This document shows positions 21,841 to 32,356 of a stretch of 64,000 nucleotides of DNA, piece by piece (within the stretch, counting starts at the first letter, position 1; each line of letters starts with the position of its first letter). Location of the stretch: positions 928,001 through 992,000 of the forward strand of contig OZ219786.1 of assembly GCA_964291285.2 (NCBI GenBank). The letters are read 5' to 3'. The translations under genes and the position numbers were made by a program. The notes beneath the pieces were generated by a model that saw only the letters and a list, made by a program, of their open reading frames with translations, was not told the origin of the DNA and searched no databases. Origin of the DNA: Alphaproteobacteria bacterium (lineage in GTDB: Bacteria; Pseudomonadota; Alphaproteobacteria; Bin95).

Positions 21841-22496
21841 AAGCCATAGCCACCCGGCGGTCCGTCCGCGCCTTCAGGCCGGACCCGGTGCCGCTGGAAA
21901 TCGTCCACGAGATTCTGGAGGTTTCGGCCCGCGCGCCCTCCGGCACCAACATGCAGCCCTGGAAGGCGCGGGTCGTGACCGGCGCCGCGCGCGAGCGGCT
22001 GACCCGGGCCGCGCTCGCCGCCGGCGCAAACGGCGCGGCGCTGAAGGCGGAGTACAAATACTATCCCGACCGGTTTCCCGAGCCTTACCTCTCCCGCCGC
22101 CGCAAGGTCGGCTGGGACCTCTACGGCCTGCTCGGCATCCAGCGCGGCGAGACCGACAAGATGCGCGCCCAGCACGCCCGCAACCAGATGTTCTTCGATG
22201 CGCCGGTCGGCATCATCTTCAGCGTGGACCGCGTGCTGGAGATCGGAAGCTGGCTCGATTACGGCATGTTCCTGGAGAATGTCATGGTGGCGGCGCGCGC
22301 CTTCGGCCTGCACAGCTGCCCGCAGGTCGCCTGGACGCCGTACCACGAGGTCGTGCGCGAAGTGCTCGGCATGCCGGAGGACGAGGTGGTCGTCTGCGGC
22401 ATGGCGCTCGGCTACGAGGACGAAGAAGCCGTCGAGAACAGCCTGCGCACCGAACGCGCCCCGCTATCCGACTGGGTCTCCTTCCACGAGGAGTGA
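21828..22496 (+). CDS. Nitroreductase family protein
   Basis: GTG start after GGAGG; RRSVRAF, APSGTNMQPW, FFDAP, GMALGY. Confidence 0.9.
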   Translation: MHALEAIATRRSVRAFRPDPVPLEIVHEILEVSARAPSGTNMQPWKARVVTGAARERLTRAALAAGANGAALKAEYKYYPDRFPEPYLSRRRKVGWDLYGLLGIQRGETDKMRAQHARNQMFFDAPVGIIFSVDRVLEIGSWLDYGMFLENVMVAARAFGLHSCPQVAWTPYHEVVREVLGMPEDEVVVCGMALGYEDEEAVENSLRTERAPLSDWVSFHEE

Positions 22497-22518
22497 CGGC
22501 GCGCCGCAGTCAGGACGG

Positions 22519-22700
22519 CCTGTTATCCGGGAAGGTTGCGCATTGACGGCCAAGCAATACGACCTCGCCAAGGCGCTTTCCGAACTGCTGTCCCGCCGCC
22601 GGGCAGGCGAGTTCATCACAGCGGAAGAAATGGACGCCCGGCTGAACAGTATGATCGCCGACAAGAAACGCGCCCGTGGCGTTTCCTCGGTCGGAACGGA
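22519..22700 (+). pseudogene. Remnant of a ParD-like antitoxin, possibly with the first codons of ParE
   Basis: PVIREG...ALSELLSRRRAGEFITAEEMDARLNSMIADKKRARGV with no start codon; overlapping GTG GCG TTT at 22676 aborts at once. Confidence 0.45.
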
Positions 22701-22711
22701 AGCCGGTCCAG

Positions 22712-23470
22712 CTACCGCAGCCCCCCTGTCACGAAGATCGTGTCGGCGGTGAGGTAGCTGGCGCCGTCGGAGCAGGCGAACAGCACCGTCTCGGCGATCT
22801 CCTCGGGCTGGGCCATCCGGCCTATCGGCATCTGCTCGGCATAGGCCTGGAGCACCTCGGACGGCGTGTTGTCGTGGAACGGCGTGTCCACGAGCCCCGG
22901 CGAGATCGACAGGCAGCGCACGTTCCGGCTGGCGAACTCCCGGCCGATACCGAGCGTCATGGTGTGGACCGCGCCCTTGGACGAGGCGTAGTGGACCGAA
23001 TTGCCGGCTCCGCCGATCCTGGCGGCCACGCTGGCGATATTGACGATCACGCCGCCGCCCTTCTCCAGCATGTGCGGGAGGATGGCCTGCGCGCCGTTGA
23101 AGGTGCCGCGGACATTGAGGGCGTAGGTGCGCTCCCAGAGGTCCTCGGTGATCTCCAGGAAGGGCTTCCGGGCGAGCGCCGCACCCGCGGCGTTCAACTC
23201 GAAATCCACCCGTCCGAAATCCGAGACGGCCTGGGCAACGGCTGCATCGACTTCGGCCCGGACGGTCACGTCGCAGGCAACGAATGTCGCCTTCGCGCCG
23301 ACCTGGATGACCTGGTTGGCCGTGCGCTCGGCGGCCTCCGGGTCGATGTCGGCGCAGACCACGTTCGACCCTTCGCGCGCGAACACCAGGGCGGTGGCGC
23401 GGCCGATGCCGCTGCCGGCGCCGGTAATCAGGATGGTCTTGTCCTTGAAATAGTCCGGGTCTCTCGGCAT
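22712..23470 (-). CDS. Short-chain dehydrogenase/reductase
   Basis: TGAGSGIG, YASSK, PGLVDT. Confidence 0.92.
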   Translation of the reverse strand: MPRDPDYFKDKTILITGAGSGIGRATALVFAREGSNVVCADIDPEAAERTANQVIQVGAKATFVACDVTVRAEVDAAVAQAVSDFGRVDFELNAAGAALARKPFLEITEDLWERTYALNVRGTFNGAQAILPHMLEKGGGVIVNIASVAARIGGAGNSVHYASSKGAVHTMTLGIGREFASRNVRCLSISPGLVDTPFHDNTPSEVLQAYAEQMPIGRMAQPEEIAETVLFACSDGASYLTADTIFVTGGLR

Positions 23471-23507
23471 GGCGTCCTCCTCCGCCGGGCGCGCGGCGAA
23501 TCCGTGT

Positions 23508-24299
<792 letters not shown>

Positions 24300-24339
24300 C
24301 GCCTCATATCCGGGCCGTCCGGTTGAAAAGTGTCAAAGC

Positions 24340-24361
24340 GGCGAGGCCCGAAGGCCCCGCC
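24340..24361 (-). terminator. Intercistronic hairpin after the binding-protein gene
   Basis: GGCGAGGCC-CGAA-GGCCCCGCC stem-loop followed by T-rich sequence on the minus strand. Confidence 0.4.
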
Positions 24362-24381
24362 AAAGTCCTGTACGGCAAGCC

Positions 24382-25626
24382 TTACTGGCGGCTCGCATCC
24401 GCTTTCAGGAGTTCCACGACGGCATCGCGGTAGCCCTGGAACCAATCGGTCACGGGCACGAATTTGGCGCCCTGGACCTGGAAGATGCGCACCCAGCCGC
24501 CGCCCTCATGGTCAAAGCCGGTGATCTCCATCGGGGGAACGAGGCCGCCCAGCGTGAAGCCCTTGATCTGCTCCATGCCGTGCCTCACGTCCTCGCCGGT
24601 GATGTCCCCGGAACCCTTGGCCTTGATGGCATTCTCGATGGCCTTCAGGTGGATGGCCGCCGCGAAGACGCCACGGTTGTAATAGACCGTGGAGTTCATC
24701 TCCTCCGGCGCATCCTTGCCGTCGGCCTTGTACATGGCGCGGATCTCGTCGAGCACCGGGTAGTCGGAGCCGACGCCGGCGAACTGCATCGCCGAATAGC
24801 CCTCGACACGGTCGAAGCCGCCCGCCGCCGCAATGTCCGCCTCGCCGCCGGCCCACACGAAGCCAAGCACCTTCTCAAGCGGATAGCCGGCCCGCTTGAA
24901 CTCCTTCATCGACACGGACGGCGCCCGCCCGAAGAGATGGGAGAGCACGAAGTCGGCGCGGTAACGGCGCGTGATGTCGAGCACCTGTGCGGACATCTCG
25001 ATGCCGGGAGGCGGCACGGCGAATTCCTTCAACTCGTAGCCGAGTTCGTCGCGCAGCTTGTGCAGCACCGGCAGCGGCTCGCGCCCCGCCGGATTGTCGT
25101 AATAGATGTAGGCGATCTTCTTGCCCTTGAGGTCTCCGCCGACCTGCGTGCGGACATACTCGAGTCCCGCCGCCGCCTGGCTCCAGTAGGAAGCCGCGAT
25201 CGGGAAGATGTAGGGGAACTTCTCGCCATTGGCCGCCGCGGCGGTGCCGAAGCCCGGAGACGTGCCGGGGATCTTGTCCTCGGTCAGCTTCTGCGTCAGC
25301 GCCTGGGTATGCGGCGTGCCGTAGAGGGAGATCAGGACCGCGCCTTCCTTCTTGTGCAGCGCATAGGCCTCGACACCCGCCGGGACCTTGTATTCGTGGT
25401 CGATCTCAAGGGGCTTTATCATGTGCCCCTCGACCCCGCCCTTGGAGTTCACGAGGCTTACATAGTCGTGGTAGCCGGGGCAGAGGAAGGTGCCCACGGT
25501 CTGGGTCGGGCCGGTGCGGTCGCACTGCAGGCCGATGACGATCTCGGCCGCGCCGGCCGATGTCGCCGCCCCCGCCGCGGCCAGTGCGAGGCCCGCGCCG
25601 AAGAGCAGTTTGTCGAGACGTCTCAT
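24382..25626 (-). CDS. LIV-type ABC transporter substrate-binding protein
   Basis: Signal peptide; DRTGPT, periplasmic type-1 pattern; operon context. Confidence 0.9.
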   Translation of the reverse strand: MRRLDKLLFGAGLALAAAGAATSAGAAEIVIGLQCDRTGPTQTVGTFLCPGYHDYVSLVNSKGGVEGHMIKPLEIDHEYKVPAGVEAYALHKKEGAVLISLYGTPHTQALTQKLTEDKIPGTSPGFGTAAAANGEKFPYIFPIAASYWSQAAAGLEYVRTQVGGDLKGKKIAYIYYDNPAGREPLPVLHKLRDELGYELKEFAVPPPGIEMSAQVLDITRRYRADFVLSHLFGRAPSVSMKEFKRAGYPLEKVLGFVWAGGEADIAAAGGFDRVEGYSAMQFAGVGSDYPVLDEIRAMYKADGKDAPEEMNSTVYYNRGVFAAAIHLKAIENAIKAKGSGDITGEDVRHGMEQIKGFTLGGLVPPMEITGFDHEGGGWVRIFQVQGAKFVPVTDWFQGYRDAVVELLKADASRQ

Positions 25627-25654
25627 TCCACGTCCTCCCTTCGCGTTTCGAGGG

Positions 25655-26722
25655 CTAGTAGGAGAAAGGCCATACCCGGAAGTAGTTCCGGATATTGAGC
25701 CACAGGCGGTTGAGGCCCTCGGGCTCCACCACCAGGAAGAACATGATCAGCGCGCCGAACAGGATGAGGCGGAACTGCGCCGTCACCTGGGCGAGGATCA
25801 CCGGATCGAAGAAGAACGCGCCGATATTGTCCATGAAGATGCGGATCACGATCGGGAACAGCTGGACGAAGATGGCGCCGAAGACTGACCCCAGAACCGA
25901 TCCCAGCCCGCCGATGATGACCATCGCCAGATAGTCGATGGACACGACGATCAGGAACTGCTCGTAGTTGGCGATGCTGAGATAGTAGGTGTAGAGCACG
26001 CCCGCCACGCCGGCGTAGAAGGACGAGATGGCGAAGGCGAAGAGCTTGTAGCGGAAGACGTTGATGCCGATGATCTCGGCTGCGACGTCCTGGTCACGGA
26101 TGGCGATGAAGGCGCGCCCGATGCGCGAGCGCACGAGGTTCATGGTCGCGACGATGGCGATGGCCGCGAACGCCATCAGGAAGAAATAGAGCTCGATCTC
26201 GGTATCCAGCTTTTCGCCGAAGAAGGTCGGGCGCGGCACCTCGATGGACGCCTGCACGCCGCCGGAGATCGCCGGCGTGTGGTTGATGACCCACTCGATG
26301 ATGAACTGCGCCGCCAGGGTGGCGATGGCGAGATAGAGGCCCTTGATGCGCAGCGACGGAATGCCGAACAACGCGCCGACGGCCGCCGCCATGATGCCGC
26401 CCGACGGCACCGCCAGCCAGAACGGCCAGTCGAGCTTGGTAATCAGGTTCGCTGCGGTGTAGGCGCCGACGGACATGAACGCCGCATGGCCTATGGAGAT
26501 CTGGCCCGCATAGCCCAGCAGAATGTTCAGCCCGAGCGCGCCGACGATGGCGATGGCGATCAGGCAGAGAACCGAGAGGTAGTAGGGTTCGAGGAACAGC
26601 GGCACCACGACCAGGAAAAGGACGCCGATCAGCGCGACCGACCACCGCCCCACGGGCAGCGGATAGAAGGCCATGTCCCCCTTGTAGGTCGTCTTGTAAT
26701 AGCCGCTCTCGCGATGGAACAT
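25655..26722 (-). CDS. LIV-type ABC permease (LivM-like)
   Basis: GYAGQISIGHAAF, GLYLAIATLA, IIGGLGS. Confidence 0.92.
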   Translation of the reverse strand: MFHRESGYYKTTYKGDMAFYPLPVGRWSVALIGVLFLVVVPLFLEPYYLSVLCLIAIAIVGALGLNILLGYAGQISIGHAAFMSVGAYTAANLITKLDWPFWLAVPSGGIMAAAVGALFGIPSLRIKGLYLAIATLAAQFIIEWVINHTPAISGGVQASIEVPRPTFFGEKLDTEIELYFFLMAFAAIAIVATMNLVRSRIGRAFIAIRDQDVAAEIIGINVFRYKLFAFAISSFYAGVAGVLYTYYLSIANYEQFLIVVSIDYLAMVIIGGLGSVLGSVFGAIFVQLFPIVIRIFMDNIGAFFFDPVILAQVTAQFRLILFGALIMFFLVVEPEGLNRLWLNIRNYFRVWPFSY

Positions 26723-26728
26723 GGGGGA

Positions 26729-27634
26729 TCAGATCCTCTCGATGATCGGCTTGCCGAACAGCCCGTAGGGCTTGAACATCAGCATCAGGATCATGAGCAC
26801 ATAGGGCGTGAAGTCCTTGGTGCCGCCGCCCACCATCGGGTCGAGATAGCCGGCAGCCAGGTTCTCGACGACGCCGACGATGATGCCGCCGACGATGACG
26901 CCGACGATCGAGTCGAGGCCGCCCAGGATCACCACCGGGAACACCTTGAGGCCGATGATCGCGAGCTGCGTATCGACGCCGAGCAGGCTGCCCCAGATGA
27001 CGCCGCCGAGCGCCGCCACGACGCCCGCCATCACCCAGGCGAGCGCGAAATAGCGCTGCACATTGATGCCCATAGCCATCGACACCTGGTGGCTGTCTGC
27101 GACCGCGCGCATGGCCACGCCCTTGCGGCTCTTCAGGAAGAACCAGCCGAAGCCGAGCAGGAAGAGCACCGCCGCGACGGCGCCCAAGAGGTGGATCGGG
27201 TTCAGGTAGATGAAGTGGTCGCCGATGATGATCGGCGCATCGTCAATCGGCAGGTTGAGCGGGCGTGTCTCGGCGCCGAAGAAGAACGGCCCGGCACCCC
27301 TCAGCAGCGCTGCAAGCCCGATGGTCGCCATGATGATCGCCACGATCGGCCGCCCGATCATCGGGCGCAGCACCGTGCGCTCCAGCCCGACATTGAAGAG
27401 CACCATGAAGCCGACCGACAGCGAGATCGCGAGCCAGAGCGGCAGGCCGTAGGAGGCCGCGCAGGCGCCGACGATGATGCCCGCGATCATAACGAACTCG
27501 CCCTGGGCGAAGTTGATCGCGTCGGTGGACTTGTAGATCAGCACGAAGCCCAGCGCGATCAGCGAATACATCAGCCCGATCAGGACGCCGGAGACCACCA
27601 GCTCCAGGAAAAAGCCCCAATTGAAATCCGCCAT
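26729..27634 (-). CDS. LIV-type ABC permease (LivH-like)
   Basis: ALGFVLIY, INFAQGE, VILGGLDS. Confidence 0.92.
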   Translation of the reverse strand: MADFNWGFFLELVVSGVLIGLMYSLIALGFVLIYKSTDAINFAQGEFVMIAGIIVGACAASYGLPLWLAISLSVGFMVLFNVGLERTVLRPMIGRPIVAIIMATIGLAALLRGAGPFFFGAETRPLNLPIDDAPIIIGDHFIYLNPIHLLGAVAAVLFLLGFGWFFLKSRKGVAMRAVADSHQVSMAMGINVQRYFALAWVMAGVVAALGGVIWGSLLGVDTQLAIIGLKVFPVVILGGLDSIVGVIVGGIIVGVVENLAAGYLDPMVGGGTKDFTPYVLMILMLMFKPYGLFGKPIIERI

Positions 27635-27650
27635 AAGGGATGCGCTCCTC

Positions 27651-29537
27651 TCAGGCCGCGTCTTGGATCTGCATGCGGTTGTCGATGAAGGCTTCGCGCC
27701 CGTCTTCGAAGGTGACGGCGGTGCGCAGCTCGACGGAGGTTCCGCCGGAATAGAACGCCTCGATCACGTCGGCGTATTTGTCGGCGATGAAGGACCGGCG
27801 CAGCTTGCGCGTTCGCGTGATCTCCGCATCGTCCGCATCGAGGTCCTTGCCGAGCAGCAGGAAGCGTTTCACACGGCCCGCCTCGGGAAGGCCGCGATTG
27901 ATGCGTTCGATCTCGCTGCGGATGAGTTCGTAGGTTTCCGGCTTCTGGCTGAGGTCCATGTAGTTTGTGTAGGCAAGCGCCTGGCGCTCCGCCCAGTTGC
28001 CGACCGTGTTGAGATCGATCGCCACCATCGCGCAGATGAAGGGGCGTTTGTCGCCGAACGACACCACTTCGCTGATATAGGGCGAGAATTTCAGCTTGTT
28101 CTCGACGAATTGCGGCGCATAGGCAGAGCCGTCGGAGAGTTGGCCGACATCCTTGGCGCGGTCGATCACGACGATATGGCCGCGCTCGTCCATGAGCCCA
28201 GCATCGCCGGTGCGGAACCAGCCCTCCTCGTCGAACGCCTCCTCCGTCGCCTCCTCGGCCTTGTAGTAGCCGTTGAACACGCCGGGGCTCTTGACGAGAA
28301 TCTCGCCGGTGTCGGCGATGCGCACCGTTACCCCGTCGCAGACGGGGCCGACCGTGTCCGGATTGGCCTGCCCGTCCGGCTGCACCGAGATCACGCCCGT
28401 GACCTCCGTGGAGCCGTAAACCTGTTTCAGGTTGACGCCGAAGGACCGGAAGAAGCGGAAGGTATCCGGCCCGAGCGGCGCGCCGCCGGTCAGCGCCCAG
28501 CGCGTGCGGCGGAAGCCCAGCTGGTCGCGCACCGGCCCGTAAACCAGGAATTCGCCGAGCCGGTAGCGCAGGCGGAGCCCCGACGGGACGGGCCTGTCCT
28601 CCACCCGGCAGGTCTCCACCTGTTCGGCGACCTTGCGGAAATAGCCGAACACCCGCCGCTTCAGGGCGGAGGAGTCGTTCGCGCGCACCAGAATGTCGGA
28701 GAGCATCATCTCCCACATGCGCGGCGCCGCGATGATGCCCATGGGGCTGAGTTCGCGGAGGTCCCGGCGCAGGGTCTCCGGGCTCTCCGGGCAGTTGATC
28801 GCCGAACCCACCATCAGGGCGGCGCACAGCCCGTAGAGCGAATCCCCGACCCAGGCCATCGGCAGATAGGCGAGGTAGTCGTCGCTCTCCCGCACATCCT
28901 CGGCCTTGCAGTAGATCTCCGCCGTCCGGACAAGGTTCTCATGGCTCAGCATGACGCCCTTGGGACGTCCGGTGGTGCCGGAGGTGTAGCAGATGAGGCC
29001 GATATCCTCGGGCGCCACCTCCCTGCAGAGCGCCTCGAAATTGCCCTTGGCGCCGCGTCCTTCCTCCAGAAGGTCGGAAAACGAGGCCAGGATGTCCTCG
29101 TCGTAATCCGTCATGCCGCGGGGGTCGGAATAGACGATCAGTTCCAGGGCCGGCAATTCCTCGCGGATCGAAAGGATCTTATCCGCCTGTTCCTGGTCCT
29201 CGGCGACGACGACCTTCGCCTCGGCATGGTGGAGCACGAAGGAGAGTTCGCGCGCGATCGAGTCCTGATAGACCGGCACGGCCGAGCCGCCGAGGCACAT
29301 CGCAGCCAGTTGCGCCCAGTAGAGATGCGGGCGGTTGTCGCCGATCACGGCGAGCTTGTCGCCCTTGCCGAAACCGCGCGCCCTGAGGCCGAGCGCGCAG
29401 GCGCGGACATTGTCGGCATAGTCCCGCCAGTTCCATGTCTCCCAGATGCCGTAAAGCTTCTCGCGGATCGCCGGCTTGTCAGGCCGCGTTACGGTATTGG
29501 CGAGCAGCAGCGCGGGAACCGTCCTTGCCTCGGCCAT
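27651..29537 (-). CDS. Long-chain acyl-CoA synthetase (AMP-binding)
   Basis: YTSGTTGRPKG, YGSTE, WFRTGDAG, DRAKD. Confidence 0.92.
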   Translation of the reverse strand: MAEARTVPALLLANTVTRPDKPAIREKLYGIWETWNWRDYADNVRACALGLRARGFGKGDKLAVIGDNRPHLYWAQLAAMCLGGSAVPVYQDSIARELSFVLHHAEAKVVVAEDQEQADKILSIREELPALELIVYSDPRGMTDYDEDILASFSDLLEEGRGAKGNFEALCREVAPEDIGLICYTSGTTGRPKGVMLSHENLVRTAEIYCKAEDVRESDDYLAYLPMAWVGDSLYGLCAALMVGSAINCPESPETLRRDLRELSPMGIIAAPRMWEMMLSDILVRANDSSALKRRVFGYFRKVAEQVETCRVEDRPVPSGLRLRYRLGEFLVYGPVRDQLGFRRTRWALTGGAPLGPDTFRFFRSFGVNLKQVYGSTEVTGVISVQPDGQANPDTVGPVCDGVTVRIADTGEILVKSPGVFNGYYKAEEATEEAFDEEGWFRTGDAGLMDERGHIVVIDRAKDVGQLSDGSAYAPQFVENKLKFSPYISEVVSFGDKRPFICAMVAIDLNTVGNWAERQALAYTNYMDLSQKPETYELIRSEIERINRGLPEAGRVKRFLLLGKDLDADDAEITRTRKLRRSFIADKYADVIEAFYSGGTSVELRTAVTFEDGREAFIDNRMQIQDAA

Positions 29538-29550
29538 CGCCCCGTCCTCC

Positions 29551-30348
29551 CTAGTGCGCGGTGCCGAGATAGGCCTGGATCACCTTGGGGTCGGCGCGCA
29601 CTTCATCGGGCGTGCCCTCGGCGATCTTCTCACCCATATCCAGCACCGCGACGCGGTCAGAAATGTCCATCACCACGCCCATGTCGTGCTCGATCAGCAC
29701 GATGGTGGTGCCCCATTCGGCGGAGACGTCGAGGACATAGCGCACCATGTCCTCCTTCTCCTCCTGGTTCATGCCCGCCATCGGCTCGTCCAGCAGCAGC
29801 AGAGTCGGGTCCGAGGCGAGCGCGCGGCCGAGCTCTACGCGTTTCTGCAGGCCGTAGGCGAGCGCGCCGGCCGGCGTCTTGCGCAGGTCCGAGAGCTTCA
29901 GGAAATCGATGATCTCCTCGCAGCGCCGGCGATGGCGGATTTCCTCCCTCTGCGCCGGCCCCCAGTAAAGCAGGGAGGAGAACACGCCGGACTTGAGCCG
30001 AACATGGCGCCCGAGCATCAGGTTGTCGAGGACCGTCAGGCCGCGAAACAGGGCGATGTTCTGGAAGGTCCGCGCGATGCCGAGCTCGGCGATCTCGTTC
30101 GGCTTCAACCGGCCGATGTCCCTCTCCCGGAACAGGATCGCGCCCTCGTCCGGCTTGTAGAAGCCGGACACCATGTTGAGCAATGTGGTCTTGCCCGCGC
30201 CGTTGGGGCCGATAATGGCGAAGATCTCGCCTTTCCTGACGGCGGTGGAGACGCCTGCAACGGCGCGCACGCCGCCGAAGTTCTTGCTCACCCCTTCGAC
30301 CGACAGGGCCGGGCCGTCGTCCGGCCCTCCGTTTATGCCGTCTGGCAT
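29551..30348 (-). CDS. LIV-type ABC transporter ATPase (LivG-like)
   Basis: GPNGAGKTT, RTFQN, LLLLDEPMAG, EHDM, AYLG. Confidence 0.92.
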   Translation of the reverse strand: MPDGINGGPDDGPALSVEGVSKNFGGVRAVAGVSTAVRKGEIFAIIGPNGAGKTTLLNMVSGFYKPDEGAILFRERDIGRLKPNEIAELGIARTFQNIALFRGLTVLDNLMLGRHVRLKSGVFSSLLYWGPAQREEIRHRRRCEEIIDFLKLSDLRKTPAGALAYGLQKRVELGRALASDPTLLLLDEPMAGMNQEEKEDMVRYVLDVSAEWGTTIVLIEHDMGVVMDISDRVAVLDMGEKIAEGTPDEVRADPKVIQAYLGTAH

Positions 30349-30451
30349 CCTCCCCCCTTGCCGACTCGTATCTGTCACACTGACGCTAGACAGTTCCAGC
30401 GCAAACCGGAAGACAAAAAATCTCGGCCCGCTTCGGGAAAATGGCGGCCGT

Positions 30452-31192
30452 TCAGCCCAGACGGCGCCGATAGAGGGCGAGCAGGCGTTCCCAGTGCCGT
30501 TCCGCCGCCGGCAGGTCGTAGCACCAGCGTTCCGGGAAGGCGAAGCCGTGATGCACGCCCGCATGGATCTCCAATTCGCCCGGAGTGCCCGAAGCGTCGA
30601 ACAGCCCCCTGAGTTCCGCCACCATGTCGAGCGGCGCCAGGTCGTCATGCTCGGCGCAGGCGATGTAGAGCTCGCCCTTCGCGCGGCCCAGCGACAGATG
30701 CGGGCTCTCCTCGGCATCGGAAACCAGCCAGGTGCCGTAGAAGGACGCCGCGGCCGCGACCCGGTCCGGGTAGCGGGCCGCGGCGGCAAGCGCATAGGGG
30801 CCGCTCATGCAATAGCCGTGCGCGCCCACCGGGCCGGGGGCTGCGTCCGCCTGTCCGTCGAGCCAGGCCAGCATGTCGCCCACATCCTCCATGACCGGAG
30901 GGATCGTCATGCCCGTGCGGACCGCCCGCATGGCGGTATGGTCGGCGCTGCCGGCCGTCAGCACGTCCGGGCCGTATTTCGTGTCCCGCCCGGCGCGGTA
31001 ATAGAGATTCGGCAGCAGCACGAAATAGCCGACCGACGCCAGCCGCCGGGCCATTTGATACAGCTCCTCGCGGATACCGGGCGCATCCATCAGGAACAGC
31101 ACGGGCGGGAACGGCCCGCCCCGCTCCGGACGGCAGGTGAAGGTTTCCATCGCGCCCGCGCGCGTTTCGATATCTGCGATCGCCTCGATCAT
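30452..31192 (-). CDS. Dienelactone hydrolase family protein
   Basis: MDAPGIR, PNLYYR, GYCMSG, HGFAF. Confidence 0.9.
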   Translation of the reverse strand: MIEAIADIETRAGAMETFTCRPERGGPFPPVLFLMDAPGIREELYQMARRLASVGYFVLLPNLYYRAGRDTKYGPDVLTAGSADHTAMRAVRTGMTIPPVMEDVGDMLAWLDGQADAAPGPVGAHGYCMSGPYALAAAARYPDRVAAAASFYGTWLVSDAEESPHLSLGRAKGELYIACAEHDDLAPLDMVAELRGLFDASGTPGELEIHAGVHHGFAFPERWCYDLPAAERHWERLLALYRRRLG

Positions 31193-31283
31193 CGCGGTCC
31201 CTCTCCCTCCGGTCCCGCTGCACTATACAGTGGCGGGGAAATGGGCCACCATTTTCTCCGGAACCGGACCGGAGGAGCGCCCG

Positions 31284-31841
31284 ATGCACGCTTCGGATAT
31301 CGTCTTCGCCCTCAAGGAAGCTGCGGAAGGCCCGCATGCGCTTCAGAATGTCCGCCGCGTGCTGAACGACTGGCGCGACCGCATCGACGAGATTTCGGCG
31401 GCGCTCGACTTCATTCCCGGCACTGACGGCAACGCCAACCAGGCCTTCTACCGCACGCCGGAGCTCAGCGTTCTCAAGGTGCTGTTCCCTTCCGGACGGC
31501 GGACGCCGCCGCACGACCACGGCTCGTGGGCGGCGATCCTGGTGCTTTCGGGCTCGGAAAAGAACACGATCTACCGCCGCGGCGATGACGGCCTCGAATA
31601 CGCCAACGAGGCCGTGCTGACGCCGGGCGCCATCCTGACCATGCCGGCCGACGCCGCGCATGTGGCTGAATGCCTGGGCGGGGAACCGGCAATCGGGCTG
31701 CATGTCTATGGCGGCGACGTGCTGGGCGTGGAGCGCAGCATGTGGGACCCGGAGACGCTCGAAGAACACCCGCTCGAGTGGGACCATTACGAGATTCTGG
31801 CGCGGAAGGCGTCCGATGCCGGCAAGCCGCCGCTGACCTGA
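31284..31841 (+). CDS. Cysteine dioxygenase-like cupin
   Basis: GGAGGAG RBS; PPHDHGSWA, AAHVAE, LHVYGG. Confidence 0.78.
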   Translation: MHASDIVFALKEAAEGPHALQNVRRVLNDWRDRIDEISAALDFIPGTDGNANQAFYRTPELSVLKVLFPSGRRTPPHDHGSWAAILVLSGSEKNTIYRRGDDGLEYANEAVLTPGAILTMPADAAHVAECLGGEPAIGLHVYGGDVLGVERSMWDPETLEEHPLEWDHYEILARKASDAGKPPLT

Positions 31842-31899
31842 CGCGCGCTGCGCTTTCCGAGCCTGTTCCAATTTCCATTTCCTGTGCAGAAGGAGAGCC

Positions 31900-32346
31900 A
31901 TGCCCATGGCTGAAACCGGCAAACCCGCCCCGGCATTCCGGGTCGTCAACCAGGACGGCGCGCCCGTCGGCCTGGAGGACTTCGCCGGGCGGAACGTGCT
32001 GATCTGGTGGTATCCGAAGGCCGACACGCGCGGTTGAACCATCGAAGGCAACGGGTTCCGTGACCGAATCCAGGACTTCGAGGCGAAGAACACGGCGATT
32101 GTCGGATGCAGTTTCGACACGCCCGGGGACAACAAGGCGTTCCGCGACAAGCACTCTTTCCCGTTCGACCTGCTGAGCGATGCTGACAGGGCGATGTCGA
32201 TGGCCTATGGCGCGACGGCGGACGCCGAAGCCGAGCGGCCGAAGCGCATCTCGGTGCTGATCGGCCCGGACGGGACGGTCGTGAAGCGCTACGACGCGGT
32301 GACGCCCGCCGACCACCCGGACGAGGTGCTCGCCGACCTGGGCTGA
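31900..32346 (+). CDS. bcp: Peroxiredoxin Bcp/PrxQ family, probable selenoprotein (in-frame TGA at 32035-32037)
   Basis: AAGGAGAG RBS; MPMAETGKPAPAF...WWYPKADTRG[TGA]TIEGNGFRD...GCSFD...FPFDLLSD...RISVLIGPDG...HPDEVLADLG-stop; TGA occupies the peroxidatic Cys of PKADTPGCT. Confidence 0.88.
32047..32065 (+). promoter_or_regulatory. Candidate bacterial SECIS hairpin
   Basis: GG-CA-ACGG-GTT-CCGT-GA-CC; apical loop begins with G, 17 nt after the UGA. Confidence 0.62.
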
Positions 32347-32356
32347 CCGGCGCGCG

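Noticed and set aside
32035-32037. bcp as a nonsense pseudogene
   Set aside because: The stop falls exactly on the catalytic Cys, the downstream frame is intact and a SECIS-like hairpin follows, so Sec is more parsimonious though unproven
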